Below, piece by piece: positions 13,550-22,900 of a stretch of DNA of 29,873 bases; the first letter of the stretch is position 1; every line of letters begins with the position of its first letter. Under the pieces are notes generated by a model. It worked only from the letters and a program-made list of their open reading frames with translations, was not told the DNA's origin and did not search any database. The translations under genes and the position numbers were made by a program. Origin of the DNA: an archaeon (GTDB lineage Archaea; Nanobdellota; Nanobdellia; Woesearchaeales; UBA9642); NCBI GenBank assembly GCA_043806035.1, contig JAZDHK010000008.1, positions 1 to 29,873 on the forward strand, written 5' to 3'.

Positions 13550-13833
13550 CCATTTTTCTTGTAGATGAGGTCGTAGAGCTGCAGCCCTGCACCAGTGGGT
13601 GTGAAGATGTAGTCGGTGTGGCGTAGGTTCTCGTCCTTGCCCGCCGGCTTGAGCAGTCCGAGCTTGACGAGCGTTTCGGCCTCTCCCAAAAGCGTGTCGC
13701 GCACGGCAAGCCCCTCAAACGGATTCCCGCGGTAGTTCTCAACGGCAGTCTTGAGCCTGAACAATTCTACGTCGACTATGATGTCGAGGTGTTCTGTAAT
13801 GTACGCTTTGAACAGTACTTTGTCCGGTTCCAT
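13546..13833 (-). CDS. putative antitoxin / small DNA-binding protein (95 aa)
   Basis: It precedes and overlaps the toxin-like gene. The C-terminal part (ETLVKLGLLKPAGKDENLRHTDYIFTPTGAG) looks like a winged helix. A TATA-like GTATAAAAAG at 13855-13864 lies about 26 nt upstream of the ATG. Confidence 0.5.
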   Translation of the reverse strand: MEPDKVLFKAYITEHLDIIVDVELFRLKTAVENYRGNPFEGLAVRDTLLGEAETLVKLGLLKPAGKDENLRHTDYIFTPTGAGLQLYDLIYKKNG

Positions 13834-13866
13834 AAAAAAACTAAATCACAAAGAGTATAAAAAGTT

Positions 13867-15534
13867 TTAGCTGAAGTACGCGTTCAAGACATACTGCTGT
13901 ACCATGCGATGCGTGTTAAAGAACGACCCGTTGATGGCGATGGAATGCCGCATGATCTCGATCCACTTGTCCCGCTGGTTATAGAACGTAGGAAGGATGA
14001 CGTACTCGAGCTTGTTGTACATGTCCTCGACGTCCTCATCATGGTTATTCTCCATGTCCGCGCGAGGATTGCCGATGCTCCAGCCAGTAACATTTTCGAT
14101 GTGGCCTTCAATCCACCACCCGTCAAGGATGGAAAAGTGCGGCACGCCATTGTGCGCTGCCTTCATGCCCGATGTCCCTGAAGCCTCTTTCGGACGAAGA
14201 GGAGTGTTCAGCCACACGTCGACGCCGGAGACGAGCATCTTTGCCACTTCGATGTTGTAGTCTTCGACGAAGCACATCTCAATCTTTGGCCGCAATTCCT
14301 TCATCGTCGAAAAAATCTTCCTGATGATGTCTTTTCCTTCCGTGTCTTTCGGATGCGCCTTTCCCGCATAAATGATTTGTATTCTGTTCGCTTCTGCAAT
14401 CTTCACCAGCCTACGTATGTCAGAGAAGAGCATGTCTGCCCGCTTGTATGCGGTCGCACGCCTCGCGAACCCTAACGTGAATACTTTCTCATCCATGCGC
14501 ACACGGCACTTTGCATTCACGTACTCGATGAGCTTCTTTTTCGCCTCCATGTGCGCGTCCCACACTTCCTCTTTGGGAATGCCGAGCAAGTATCTCAAGC
14601 TGAAGGAGTCCTGCTGCCATTGGGGAATGTACTTGTCGAACAGTTTACGCATGGGCTCTGCCGTCCAGAATGCGCTATGCACACCATTGGTAATGGATTC
14701 GATGTGGTAGCCGGGGAACATGCTCCTGGACACTTCACCATGTTTTTTGGCGACGCCGTTCACGAACTTGCTAAATCTTAACCCAAGATAGGTCATGTTC
14801 AACTTTTCTCCTTCGAACGCATCCTGCTCCATCTCGGGCGTAATGTACTCGCCCAGCATGCTCTTGGCGAGCTCTTTGGGAAATTGGTCGTGGCCTGCGG
14901 GAACGGGCGTGTGCGTGGTAAAGACGCACTTCCCGCGCACAACTTCCACGCGTGCCTTGTGCTCGCTCTTCAATTCCTTGTACAATTCTAGAGTTAATAG
15001 TGCAGAATGCCCCTCGTTCATGTGATACTTGTGGATGTGCGCATCAAGGCTGTGCAGCATCTTCACGCCACCAATACCGAGGACGATTTCCTGCGCAAGC
15101 CTGTACTTGTTATCAAAACCGTACAAGATGTCCGTTATTGCCCGATCATACTCTGCATTCTCGGGAAGGTTCGTATCCAGAAAAAGAATGGGGTTCACTT
15201 GGCCGAGCGCCCCTTTCTGCTCGTACATCCAGCAGCCGACATGCACCGTCCTGCCTTCAATGGTGAGCGTGATGGTGTTCGGGAGTTTTGTGAGCACGTG
15301 CTCTGGTGTCCATTGCACGGGCTCCTCGTGCTGGCTGCCATCCTCATCCAGCCGCTGCCGAAAGTAGCCCTTCCTGTACAATAAGGTGATGCCCACGACG
15401 GGCAAGTTGAGATCAGCACAGCTGCGCAGCGTGTCCCCTGCAAGAATGCCTAAGCCCCCAGAATACGTCGGCACGTTCTGGTCGATGCCGATCTCCATGC
15501 TGAAATATGCGACGTGAATGTTCTTGAAATTCAT
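13867..15534 (-). CDS. glgP: alpha-glucan (glycogen/maltodextrin) phosphorylase, GT35, short archaeal/bacterial form
   Basis: 555 aa. The N-terminus has AYFSMEIG...VPTYSGGLGILAGD. The PLP-lysine region is EASGTSGMKAAHNGV. GGGGTGA SD lies upstream. Confidence 0.9.
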   Translation of the reverse strand: MNFKNIHVAYFSMEIGIDQNVPTYSGGLGILAGDTLRSCADLNLPVVGITLLYRKGYFRQRLDEDGSQHEEPVQWTPEHVLTKLPNTITLTIEGRTVHVGCWMYEQKGALGQVNPILFLDTNLPENAEYDRAITDILYGFDNKYRLAQEIVLGIGGVKMLHSLDAHIHKYHMNEGHSALLTLELYKELKSEHKARVEVVRGKCVFTTHTPVPAGHDQFPKELAKSMLGEYITPEMEQDAFEGEKLNMTYLGLRFSKFVNGVAKKHGEVSRSMFPGYHIESITNGVHSAFWTAEPMRKLFDKYIPQWQQDSFSLRYLLGIPKEEVWDAHMEAKKKLIEYVNAKCRVRMDEKVFTLGFARRATAYKRADMLFSDIRRLVKIAEANRIQIIYAGKAHPKDTEGKDIIRKIFSTMKELRPKIEMCFVEDYNIEVAKMLVSGVDVWLNTPLRPKEASGTSGMKAAHNGVPHFSILDGWWIEGHIENVTGWSIGNPRADMENNHDEDVEDMYNKLEYVILPTFYNQRDKWIEIMRHSIAINGSFFNTHRMVQQYVLNAYFS

Positions 15535-15570
15535 GAGTTCACCCCTTTCCCTATTCTTGTGCCGACATGA

Positions 15571-15578
15571 TTTATAAA
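15571..15578 (-). promoter_or_regulatory. TATA box (TTTATAAA) for the phosphorylase gene
   Basis: About 40 nt upstream of the ATG at 15534, with GGGGTGA SD in the short leader. Confidence 0.5.
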
Positions 15579-15643
15579 CTTTTTTGGATGTACGCTACGT
15601 GTCTGCCGTTTTTTTGCCGCACGGCGTAAATGCACATTGATCA

Positions 15644-15847
15644 TTACATGCCCAAGTATTTCAGCAGTTCAAACACGAGGAATGCGGGCCAGACAAGCGC
15701 TTTGATGATTCCCCAAACACCCATCCAAAAGCCAGGCGCAGTAGAGATGTAATAGATAGCTGCTCCAACAAATCCCAGTCCGTATACTGCCCCGGAGGGA
15801 CCGCATCCATGCAATGCCTGTTTTACTCTTTTCTTCACGCATTCCAC
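15644..15847 (-). CDS. small two-helix membrane protein
   Basis: Hydrophobic, glycine-zipper-rich sequence GAVYGLGFVGAAIYYISTAPGFWMGVWGIIKALVWPAFLVFELL. The ORF-track start at 15847 is a GTG abutting GGTGAGG. The GTG at 15838 has better SD spacing, so the start is uncertain. Confidence 0.55.
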   Translation of the reverse strand: MECVKKRVKQALHGCGPSGAVYGLGFVGAAIYYISTAPGFWMGVWGIIKALVWPAFLVFELLKYLGM

Positions 15848-15966
15848 CTCACCACTAACTTTCTAACGCAAGAAGAGAACGTTCTTAAATCTGTCGGTAG
15901 AACTGATGGAGTGACGCCCGCATCAACGGGCACAACCTTAATAAATGGCCCCGCACTGAGAAAACC

Positions 15967-16617
15967 ATGACTGCTGCGCCAAAGAACATTTTCGTCATCT
16001 GCGCCCACTCGGACGACCAAATCCTGGGATGTGGCGGCAGCATCATCAAGTACGCCAAGCAAGGCCACACTATCATCACCGTCATCTTCAGCTATGGAGA
16101 ATTAACGCACATGTGGCTCAAGCCGAAAGAGGTCATCAAGACACGGATACATGAAAGCCTCAAGGTAGACACGGTCATCGGAGGGAAGGGCGTGTACTTC
16201 TTCGGCATGAAAGAAGGCCATTTCCATAAAGAATTCTCAAGAAAAAAAGCACGAGAACTCACCAAGCTCTTCAGACGATACCCGCCTGCAAAGATATTCA
16301 CGCATTCCACGGACGACACGCATCCCGACCATATAGCGACGGCGCAGCTCGTACTCGACTATTGCAACAAGAAACGGGTCAAGGCAAGCGTCTTTGGCTT
16401 TGACGTGTGGAAGCTCATCAACATCAAGCACAGGAACCACGTGCTCCTGGTCGAGGACATCACGGACACCTTCCTCGAAAAGCTCAAGGCCATCCAGTGC
16501 TTCAAAAGCCAGCTCTTCATCATTTACGTCCTGTTCATGCGTGTCTTCGTCATGACCCTCCTTGCCGGCATGAAATACGGCTTCAGGCATGCAGAGACAT
16601 TTTACAAGATGAGATGA
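15967..16617 (+). CDS. PIG-L/LmbE-family N-acetylglucosaminyl deacetylase
   Basis: IFVICAHSDDQILGCGGSIIKY matches the AHPDDE-type motif, and HPDH lies downstream. A TTAATAAAT box sits about 25 nt upstream of the ATG. Confidence 0.85.
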   Translation: MTAAPKNIFVICAHSDDQILGCGGSIIKYAKQGHTIITVIFSYGELTHMWLKPKEVIKTRIHESLKVDTVIGGKGVYFFGMKEGHFHKEFSRKKARELTKLFRRYPPAKIFTHSTDDTHPDHIATAQLVLDYCNKKRVKASVFGFDVWKLINIKHRNHVLLVEDITDTFLEKLKAIQCFKSQLFIIYVLFMRVFVMTLLAGMKYGFRHAETFYKMR

Positions 16618-17745
16618 ATGCAGAAGAAAAAACTCCTCATAGCGGCAGACAACTTCCTCCCTCGCATAGATGGCATAGCGAAAGTATTGACTGAACTCAT
16701 TCCGAGACTTAAGGAACACTATGACATTACTGTTCTTTGCCCTGACTTTGGAAAGTACGACGATTCCAGCATCACCATCATTCGCGTTCCCATAAGCAAA
16801 TTCCTCAAAGTAGGGGATTACACGCCAGCAAAATTCAGCCCGACAAGGGTCAAGCACGCAGTACGCGGAGCGGACATTGTCTTCAGCAACAGCATAGGCC
16901 CCGTCGGAGGACTGGCCATTCGCTACGCAAAAATACTCAAGAAACCCTGCGTGGCATTCATCCACAGCATCGAATGGGAACTTGTCCCGAAAGCGGCAAA
17001 ACGCTCCTTCCTCAAAAAATACTTGCACCTCTTCACGAAGAAAATGGCGAGACGATTGTACAACAAGTGCAGCTGCATCATCGTCCCTTCTGAAGGCACG
17101 GCAGAAACCCTTTCCTGGAATCACATCACGACGGAGATGCACGTCGTGTATTTAGGAACTGATGTAGAAAAGTTTATGCCACCTCTTGACAAGCGCAAGG
17201 CGAAAGAAGCGCTCCACTTCAACCCTGATGACATCATCATCGGCTACCACGGCAGAATTGCGCGAGAGAAAGATCTCTTCACCCTCCTGCGCGCCTTTGC
17301 CAGACTGCAGGTGGTGTACAAGAACATCAAACTGCTCATCGTCGGTGACGGCGTTACGGGCATCAAGAAGGCGCTCAACCAACGCAGAGGAGTCATCATG
17401 GCTGGCAAGCAGGACAACGTCATACCCTACCTACAGGCCATGGACATCTACTGCCTTCCCAGCCTCACAGAAACAACATCACTCTCAACGCTAGAAGCCA
17501 TGAGCTGTGGGCTGCCCGTCGTCACCACACCTGTCGGCTTCGTCAAAGACTATATCAGGGACAAGTTCAACGGACTCTTCTTCCCCTTCCAGAACAATTA
17601 TGTGTTAGCTAAGCAGATCCAATGGCTTATCGAGAGCAAGCACGTCAGGCAAAAACTAGGAGAGCACGCACGGCAGACCGTCCTCGAAAAATTCAGTTGG
17701 GACAACACTGCCAAGGGCATCATCTCCGTCTTTGAAGAGCTCTGA
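16618..17745 (+). CDS. GT4-family glycosyltransferase (PIG-A/MshA/SqdX-like)
   Basis: 375 aa. The N-terminus KKLLIAADNFLPRIDGIAKV is typical of the T..F.P..dGv type, and the E-x7-E region is SLTETTSLSTLEAMSCG. The start directly abuts the PIG-L stop (TGAATG). Confidence 0.85.
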   Translation: MQKKKLLIAADNFLPRIDGIAKVLTELIPRLKEHYDITVLCPDFGKYDDSSITIIRVPISKFLKVGDYTPAKFSPTRVKHAVRGADIVFSNSIGPVGGLAIRYAKILKKPCVAFIHSIEWELVPKAAKRSFLKKYLHLFTKKMARRLYNKCSCIIVPSEGTAETLSWNHITTEMHVVYLGTDVEKFMPPLDKRKAKEALHFNPDDIIIGYHGRIAREKDLFTLLRAFARLQVVYKNIKLLIVGDGVTGIKKALNQRRGVIMAGKQDNVIPYLQAMDIYCLPSLTETTSLSTLEAMSCGLPVVTTPVGFVKDYIRDKFNGLFFPFQNNYVLAKQIQWLIESKHVRQKLGEHARQTVLEKFSWDNTAKGIISVFEEL

Positions 17746-17747
17746 CC

Positions 17748-18650
17748 ATGACGCGTCTTCCTCACCTGAAGAGTCCGTTCGTTCTCGCACCCATGGTGGG
17801 GGTGACTGATGTTGCGTTCAGGATACTATGCAAACGGCAAGGTGCAGGCCTTGTGTTTACAGAAATGACCATGGCGGAGAGCATCCTTAGAAGGCAAAAA
17901 CCCATTCCTGTTGTTGAGGAGGAACGGCCCATAGCATTACAATTGGGGGGCAAAGATCCAGAAAAAATGCTCAAGGCAGCACAAACGTATGAGCACATCG
18001 TTGATATACTGGACGTGAACTGTGGCTGTCCGGCAAGCAAGGCCGTCAGGATAGGCACAGGAGCCAGCCTGTTGAGCAAGCCAGAACTTCTCGCAAGAAT
18101 TGTCAAGCATCTCTCCAGTAACCTCTCCATCCCGGTCAGCGTAAAGATACGTCTTGGAGAAAAAAACAGCAATGCCCTTGCAAAGTGCATCGAGGAAAGT
18201 GGCGCTTCCCTGCTCACTGTGCACGGCAGGACTGCTACCCAAGGGTATTCTGGCAAGGCACGCTGGGACATCATCGCGAAAGTCAAGGAACAGGCAGGAA
18301 TACCCGTCATAGGCAACGGTGATATCTTCTCTGCACAAGATGCGCTCTCGTTCAAGAAGGAGAGCGGCGTCGATTATGTCATGATCGGCAGGGCTGCAGC
18401 AAAAAATCCCAGAATATTCGCCGAATGCAACGCATTGCTCAAGAACAAGTATCTAGAAACTCGTGCAGAAGACAAATTCTCGCTCTGCAACGACTATCTC
18501 GAGCTTGCAGCCAGGCATGTCATACATTTTTCTGTCATCAAAGATCACATTGTCCATTTCACGAAAGGCTTAAAAGGAAGCGCCGCTCTCAGGGCACAAC
18601 TCATGCAAGCGAAGACACTAGCACAACTCAAGGGGCTGCTTCCCGCATGA
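17748..18650 (+). CDS. tRNA-dihydrouridine synthase (Dus family)
   Basis: Motifs LAPMVGVTDVAFR, DVNCGCP, TVHGRT, IGNGDI and MIGRAAA. Only a 2-nt gap from the upstream gene. Confidence 0.85.
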   Translation: MTRLPHLKSPFVLAPMVGVTDVAFRILCKRQGAGLVFTEMTMAESILRRQKPIPVVEEERPIALQLGGKDPEKMLKAAQTYEHIVDILDVNCGCPASKAVRIGTGASLLSKPELLARIVKHLSSNLSIPVSVKIRLGEKNSNALAKCIEESGASLLTVHGRTATQGYSGKARWDIIAKVKEQAGIPVIGNGDIFSAQDALSFKKESGVDYVMIGRAAAKNPRIFAECNALLKNKYLETRAEDKFSLCNDYLELAARHVIHFSVIKDHIVHFTKGLKGSAALRAQLMQAKTLAQLKGLLPA

Positions 18651-19327
18651 AAATAGCATCGTACATTGCGGGCGTCGAGGAAGCAGGTAGAGGGCCGGTC
18701 ATAGGACCCATGCTCATGGTCATAGCCGCCATACGTCCAGAACAGGAAGAAGAACTCGTCAGGATGGGCGTGAAGGACTCGAAATTGCTCACGCCAGAAC
18801 AACGGGAAGTCATCTTCAAAAAGCTGCAAAAACTCGTCGTCTACAAGACACGAAAGCTCTCCCCTCAGGAAATAGACAACGCAGTCCTGTCTGATGACAT
18901 GAATCTGAACTGGCTCGAGGCGAACGTCTCTGCAGACCTCATCAACGAGATTGGCAAGGAACTTTCTTTGCAGCACGTGACACTGGACTGCCCATCTACA
19001 AACATTTCTGCATACACGAGTTATTTGCAGGAGCGGGTGCTGGACAAGAAAATAAAACTGATTGCAGAGCACAAGGCAGATGTCAACTATCCTATCGTCT
19101 CAGCAGCAAGCATCCTAGCCAAAGTGCTCAGAGACAGGGAGATTGCCAAAATACAGAAAACAATGGTTGAGAACTTCGGTTCAGGATACCCTTCTGACCC
19201 TCGAACTGTTGCGTTCCTCAAAGAACACCACAAAACGTACGCGGACGCAGGCATTTTCAGGAAGAGCTGGAGCACTTACAAAATGGCAACGTCGACCCAG
19301 AAGCAGAAACGGCTGGGAGAGTACTAA
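18647..19327 (+). CDS. rnhB: ribonuclease HII
   Basis: MKIASYIAGVEEAGRGPVIGPMLMV carries the (D/E)EAGRG motif, and SAASILAKV and GSGYPSD lie downstream. The ATG at 18647 overlaps the Dus stop (ATGA). The ORF-track start at 18425 lies inside the Dus gene. Confidence 0.9.
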   Translation: MKIASYIAGVEEAGRGPVIGPMLMVIAAIRPEQEEELVRMGVKDSKLLTPEQREVIFKKLQKLVVYKTRKLSPQEIDNAVLSDDMNLNWLEANVSADLINEIGKELSLQHVTLDCPSTNISAYTSYLQERVLDKKIKLIAEHKADVNYPIVSAASILAKVLRDREIAKIQKTMVENFGSGYPSDPRTVAFLKEHHKTYADAGIFRKSWSTYKMATSTQKQKRLGEY

Positions 19328-19797
19328 TTCATCGATCGAAGAAACACCAGTTCTTCTCTTTTTAATGATTCACTGGTGTGCAGAAGATATAATCCGTGGT
19401 GTGATCCTGTCGTGAACAGAGCATACTGCGCGTCATCTTTCGGGGACAGTACCAGATGGCGTGATTCAATATCTCGGGTAATAAACCGTAAATCAATACC
19501 TGTTGTCCGCAGGTCCACAGTGGCGCTTTCTAAACCAGATTCATTAAGAGCGTGTTTATTCCACTTCTGTATTCCGTACGGGCGAGAGTAGACCATCAAA
19601 TCTCCACGGCCGAGATGCCTTGCCATGACTTCTGCTGTCTCACGGGCAGTGTCTGCAGTTGCAGCAACGATACAGGGTCCTTTCGCGTGTTCCGCATATA
19701 AGTCTGCGACGACATCTTTGATGAACTTTCGTTCTCGTCTCTGGCTTGCAGATTGTTTCAAATCTTGTCCGATATTAACGAGCAGTATCATCTGCAC
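19324..19797 (-). CDS. hypothetical protein, possibly a degenerate histidine-phosphatase (SixA/PGM-like) fold
   Basis: A TTTAAAT box at 19818-19824 lies 24-30 nt upstream of the GTG at 19797 and the ATG at 19791. The layout ILLVNIGQD..CIVAATADTARETAEVMARHLG..TTGSHHG parallels LVRHGE..IYSSPL.RA.QTAEII...LG..VSHG, but the RHG histidine is absent. Confidence 0.5.
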   Translation of the reverse strand: MQMILLVNIGQDLKQSASQRRERKFIKDVVADLYAEHAKGPCIVAATADTARETAEVMARHLGRGDLMVYSRPYGIQKWNKHALNESGLESATVDLRTTGIDLRFITRDIESRHLVLSPKDDAQYALFTTGSHHGLYLLHTSESLKREELVFLRSMN

Positions 19798-19928
19798 GCG
19801 TGAAAGACCACGTATTATTTAAATCTATCTTCTTTTGCTATTGAATAATGGTAATTTAATATCGAGAGAATGTGTAGTGATTGCTACGCTATCTGACCAT
19901 TTTATTTCATCACTCGTCCAGCAATACT

Positions 19929-19936
19929 TTTATAAA
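19929..19936 (+). promoter_or_regulatory. TATA box (TTTATAAA) for smc
   Basis: Centred about 30 nt upstream of the ATG at 19963, with no SD, so the transcript is effectively leaderless. Confidence 0.5.
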
Positions 19937-19962
19937 TCACCTTCCTCCCAGTCCACACGGCA

Positions 19963-22900
19963 ATGACGCGCATCACAAAATTAGAAATCAAAGGGTTCAA
20001 GTCTTTCGGGAACAAGACCGAGCTGCTTTTTGGGGAGAAGTTCAACTGCATCCTTGGCCCTAATGGGTCAGGAAAGAGCAACGTCATCGACGCCCTCTGC
20101 TTCGTCCTCGGCAAATCCTCGGTAAAGGGCATGCGCGCAGAGAAAAGCATCAATCTCATCTACAACGGCGGCAAGGCAAAGAATCCATCAAAAGAAGCAG
20201 AAGTCTCCATCTACCTCGACAACACCAACAACGAATTTCCTTTGCCAGAGAAAGAGATCAAGCTCACGCGGCTCATCAGGGACAAGACGGGCAAGGAAAA
20301 GCTCCCTGATGGGGAAGAGCCCACTGCAGCAACGCATGGCATCTACAAGATCAATGGCAAAACCCGGACGCGGCAGCAGGTTTTGGACTTACTCAGCCAT
20401 GTCCGTATTAATCCTGACGGGTACAACATCATCCTTCAAGGGGACATCGTCAAGCTTGTCGAAATGTCACTGATCGAGCGCAGGCAGATCATCGAGGAAA
20501 TAGCGGGCATTTCTATCTACGAAGAGAAGAAGGGAAAGGCGATAAGGGAATTACAGAAGGTGGAGGAGAAGCTCAACGAGGCAGACATCATCCTCGCAGA
20601 AAGAAACACCTACCTCAAGGAGCTCAAGAAGGAACGTGATCAGGCCATGAAGTTCAAGCGCCTCGACGATCAGCTCAAGAGCAACAAGGCGACGCTGCTC
20701 AACAGCCAAATGGAGACGCGCAAGAATGACGAAGAAGCGAATGCCCAACTGTTGACGGGAACGCAGAAAAAGATTCAGAACATCCAAGCGGACATAGCCA
20801 AGATCAAGCAGAACGTCCAGGACAAGAAACAAGAGATAGAATCCATCAACAAGGAAGTCGAGCAGAAGGGCGAGAAGGAGCAAGTGGCCATCCATCGTGA
20901 TGTCGAACAGCTCAAAGTCACTATTGCCGTGAAGAAGCAGCGCCAAGAGACGCTGCAAGGCGAGCTCAAAAAATTGGCTGAGCGCAAGACGCAGCTCGAG
21001 CAAGGACTTGCCGAACTCAAGACAAAGCTCACGGCGAACGAAGAGAGCAAGAAGTCCAGCAAGAAAGAGCTCGACCAGAAGCAAAAACTTATCCTCGACC
21101 TCGACAAGAAGATAGAGGGATTCAAGAAAAAGAACATGCTGGACAACCTCGGCGAGATAGACCAGCAGATCGAGGCATTGGACAAGGAAGCCGATGTCTT
21201 GCAAGAAGACATCATCAAGATGCGAGAAGAGCAGCAGAACCTTCTCAGGGAAAAGGACAAGCTCGAAGTTGTCCTCTCTGGCATAGATGAGAAGATAGCC
21301 AAAGTGCTCGAGCTCAACAAGAAGAACAAGAACCAGCTCGACCAGCTCAGAGGCAAGCAGGACGAGTACAAGAAGATAAGCCTCGAACTCAACAAGGCAT
21401 TGAGCGAGGACGCAAGCCTGGCCAGCCAGCTCAGCACGGCAAGAGCAAAATTGCTCTCGCGAAAAGAGGAGAAGGCCAAGGCAGAGGCACGGAATATCGG
21501 CATCAGGGAAGGTATTGCTGGCGGCGTCGCCATAACCAAAATCATGGAATTGCGCCAGAAGAAGCCAGGCATCATCGGCATAGTTTCTGACCTTGGGCAG
21601 GTGAGCAGCAAATTCGCCCTCGCCCTCGAAGTCGCTGCAGGACAGCGATTGCGCAGCATCGTGGTCGAGGACGACCAGGTGGCGCAAGAGTGCATCAATT
21701 ATCTGAGAAACAACAAGTTCGGGGTGGCATCCTTCCTCCCCTTGAACAAGATGAAGCAACGGCCGCTCCCCACGGGCATTCGTGCGAAGAAAGGCCAAGG
21801 TGTCTATGGTCCGTGTGTTGATCTCGTGAGTTATGACAAGCGTTACTCCGCAGTCTTCGATTACGTTTTCGAACACACCCTTGTCGTCGAGGACATCGAC
21901 ACGGCACGGAAGACAGGCATGGGCGAGTGGCGCATGGTCACGTTGCAAGGAGACCTCATCGAAAAGAGCGGCGCCATGCACGGCGGCTTCAGACAAAAAT
22001 CACGAGACTTCGGATTCCAGGACAAGGAATTGAGCGACCAGCAGGAAAAGCTCGACAAGGAAATTGCAGACCTCACCAGCATGGTAGAGACACTCGATGA
22101 GAAGAAGACAGACATGGACGAGGACATCGCCAAATTCCGCCTCAGAAAGTCAGAGCTCGAGGGAGAAATCTCTGCCATGGAAAAAACATTGCATTTCGAC
22201 TCGGCAGACCTGGACGTGAGCAAGAAGCAGAAGGAACAAATCAAAAAAGAGCTCGCAGAGGCATCCAAGAAACTCGACGCCGTCATGGACAACATCTCAG
22301 AGAAGAACAAAACCATCGCAAACGTCAAGATCAAGAAACAGGAATTGCGCAACAAAATAACGGAATTACGCAATCCTGCGCTGCTCGCCGAGCTCAACGC
22401 CTTCGAGCAGAAGAAGCGCGAGGTACAGGACGACATAATCCGCATGCAGGGTGAGATCAAGAACTTTGACAATGAACTTGCGAACATGCTCGCTCCCGAG
22501 CGGGACAATATCGAGAAGATCTTCAAACAGCAGGACAAGGAGAAGAAAGAATTCGACAACGAACATGCTGCTCTGCAAAAAGAGCTCAAGGACCTCCTTG
22601 CCCAACTGGCTGCGAAGGAAGACCAGGAGAAGAAATTCTACAGCCAGTTCAAGGAACTCTTCAACAAGCGCACAAAAGCAAGCAACGAGCTGAACAAGCT
22701 CGAGAACACCATCGCACAAAAAGAGGACCTGCAACGGCAGATAGAGCAGAAGGCGAACGTGTACGGCCTTGAGCAGGCAAAATTCCGTGCAGAACTCTCG
22801 CGACTGCAGGAAGAATTCAAGCAGTACGAGCACGTAGAGCTCTTCAAGGACAAACCGGAAGAGCAGATTCGCAAGGAGATAGCCCAGTTCGAGAAAATGG

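Noticed and set aside
15876-15885. Perfect 10-bp palindrome AGAACGTTCT between the divergent small-membrane-protein and PIG-L promoters
   Set aside because: It is short enough to occur by chance, does not recur in the window, and overlaps a TATA-like TTCTTAAAT. I cannot support an operator call.
16237-17142. 301-aa minus-strand ORF spanning the PIG-L/GT4 junction
   Set aside because: It is antisense to two motif-supported genes. The translation is Arg/Asp/Phe-rich with no recognisable motifs or start signals.
18425-18646. N-terminal extensions proposed by the ORF track: rnhB from 18425, the isochorismatase-family gene to 24445, the PhoU-like gene to 28760, and the GH57 gene from 4095
   Set aside because: The extensions overlap upstream genes or promoters. 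Conserved N-termini begin at internal ATGs that have ATGA coupling, an SD or a TATA at the right distance (18647, 24346, 28601 and 4125).
20551-21996. 481-aa minus-strand ORF, plus 307-aa, 242-aa and 200-aa siblings (20775..21698, 21861..22589, 22366..22968) inside smc
   Set aside because: These are antisense shadows of the K/E-rich coiled-coil codons (GAA/GAG/AAG read backwards give L/F/S-rich, stop-poor frames). The translations are low-complexity L/F/S/C strings with no start-site signals, and the smc frame is unambiguous.
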